The position numbers and the translations under genes are program-made. From Plasmodiophora brassicae (lineage: Eukaryota), in the NCBI GenBank assembly GCA_036867785.1, contig CP145421.1, positions 682,001 to 746,000 of the forward strand: a stretch of DNA of 64,000 nucleotides, given 5' to 3'. The notes under the pieces were generated by a model that was given only the letters and a program-made list of their open reading frames with translations, was not told the DNA's origin and ran no database searches. How positions within the stretch are numbered: the first letter of the stretch is position 1; every line of letters starts with the position of its first letter. This document shows positions 62,690-64,000 of this stretch, one piece after another.

Positions 62690-64000
62690 TCACGAGGAGT
62701 AAGAGAACGAGCACAGCGCGTAGGCCTCGCGTAACATACGCTTGCAGATGCAAGCGGAGCCGCAGACGGTGCTGCTGTAGGTCAGGCGCGCGACGCTAGG
62801 AACATCGCTAGGGGCAGGGGCAGCGCAGGTCTCCGCGAACGTCCAGTGGTCAAAGTACGGCAGTGGCGTTTGGGGCGCTGCCACCGACGTCTCCACCATA
62901 TGAAGGGTCTTGCAGAAGTCGTCGTTGTCATCGTCGTCGCTTCTCTCGTCGATGGCCCTGCATATGCCCGGCATGACGAACACGTCGAGAACGTTCCAGA
63001 CCGGGTCGCGACGAACGGCGATGCCGCTCCAGTCGTCGTGGGCAATGTTCTCACACTTGCCCTGCGTCGTCACCGAGCTGGCGCCGCCGAACGACTTGGC
63101 CGTAATGCTCCCGTCCGGGTTCATGTACACTGACAGCGTCTGCTGGCCTTTGCCGCTGGACGACGGCTTGTGGTAGATGCTGAAGATGTTCAACGGCGGC
63201 GTCGTCGGCGTGTCCAGGTAGTTGCCGTTGTCCGCGTTCGGGTGAACGTAGAACATGTACGTGTACTGTGTGCTGTTGACCACGCTCGGGTCGAACGCGA
63301 CTGGCGCCGCCACCGCCGTCTGCGTCGACACGGTCGGCTTCCGCGGGCCATCCAGGAGCAAAGTGTACGCGTGCGAGATCGTGACATGGCCGAACAGCAA
63401 TAACGTAGCTAGGTAGGCATCTGGACAAGGTGGTTCACCAGTGAGACGGCGTCCTATGTACCGGGACCACATGCGCCCTACAGCGTGCGTTGACAGAGTT
63501 CATGGTCGACAGTCGAGGCAGCGAACGCTCCACCGCTATCCAACGAACCGATCTGTTAAATGACGCTACCAAAGCGTACGAATCTCGAGAGACCCAGACA
63601 CGCGCCTGCCATGGACGATAATATCACATGCAGATCGCCGCGAATATCTTCCCGGCCGGAACGGGAATCCGGATCCAGAGATATCAGACGACGATGGAGC
63701 GCAGGACCGACTGACGTGATCGGACAACGCCGTTACGATCGACAGCGACACGGACGTCGATGCGCGCCAAAGTGAACGGCGAGTTGCCGTTGGCGTTCAG
63801 GCAGGCGAACAGCTCGGTGACGACGTGCCTGTGCGTTGTGACGGCCAGTTTGGGGCACAGGCCCCCACAGAGACTGCGGACGACATCGGGGCACGCCATG
63901 CAATCCAGAACGCCGTTCACGCGAACGGGCAGGCCGCGATAGGCGAACGATGATGCGTCCACGACAGACGACGGGTCAGGCACCTGGCGCCCGATGGTGT
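62690..64000 (-). CDS. 3' part of a hypothetical extracellular/membrane protein, truncated by the window edge
   Basis: Long beta-rich, Cys-containing exon (62790-63400) and hydrophobic C-terminal segments. Confidence 0.4.

Overview
This is gene-dense, GC-rich eukaryotic DNA with many short (about 50-65 nt) GT-AG introns. Ciliary genes (PACRG, a CEP162-like gene) indicate a flagellated protist; the style suggests a phytomyxid such as Plasmodiophora, but that is inference only. Both flanks (1-27.4 kb and 43.4-64 kb) hold mostly conserved genes: Rab3GAP2, a COA4-like gene, thymidylate kinase, HIRA, UBC4/UBE2D, a cyclic-nucleotide PDE, PP1 inhibitor-3/Ypi1, eIF3d, lipin, an Anp1-like glycosyltransferase, an SCPx-type thiolase, Aquarius, a methyltransferase and phospholipase D. 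The centre (about 27.5-43.4 kb) is very different. It is bracketed by two inverted, near-identical intronless CCT-motif genes and contains at least eight fold-back inverted repeats. These are built from hAT, Zisupton-like and host-gene (HBS1 5' end, CCT) fragments and surround two apparently intact genes (a monoacylglycerol lipase and HBS1). One junction shows a 14-bp microhomology, and a piggyBac-like element with an exact TTAA duplication sits inside one hairpin arm. The region is a candidate hairpin-RNA/siRNA-producing locus or a template-switching rearrangement hotspot. Other oddities are a SAP domain inserted in Aquarius and a PLD with a tandem Cys-rich N-terminal repeat. All calls come from reading the sequence by eye; exon boundaries and some starts are approximate.
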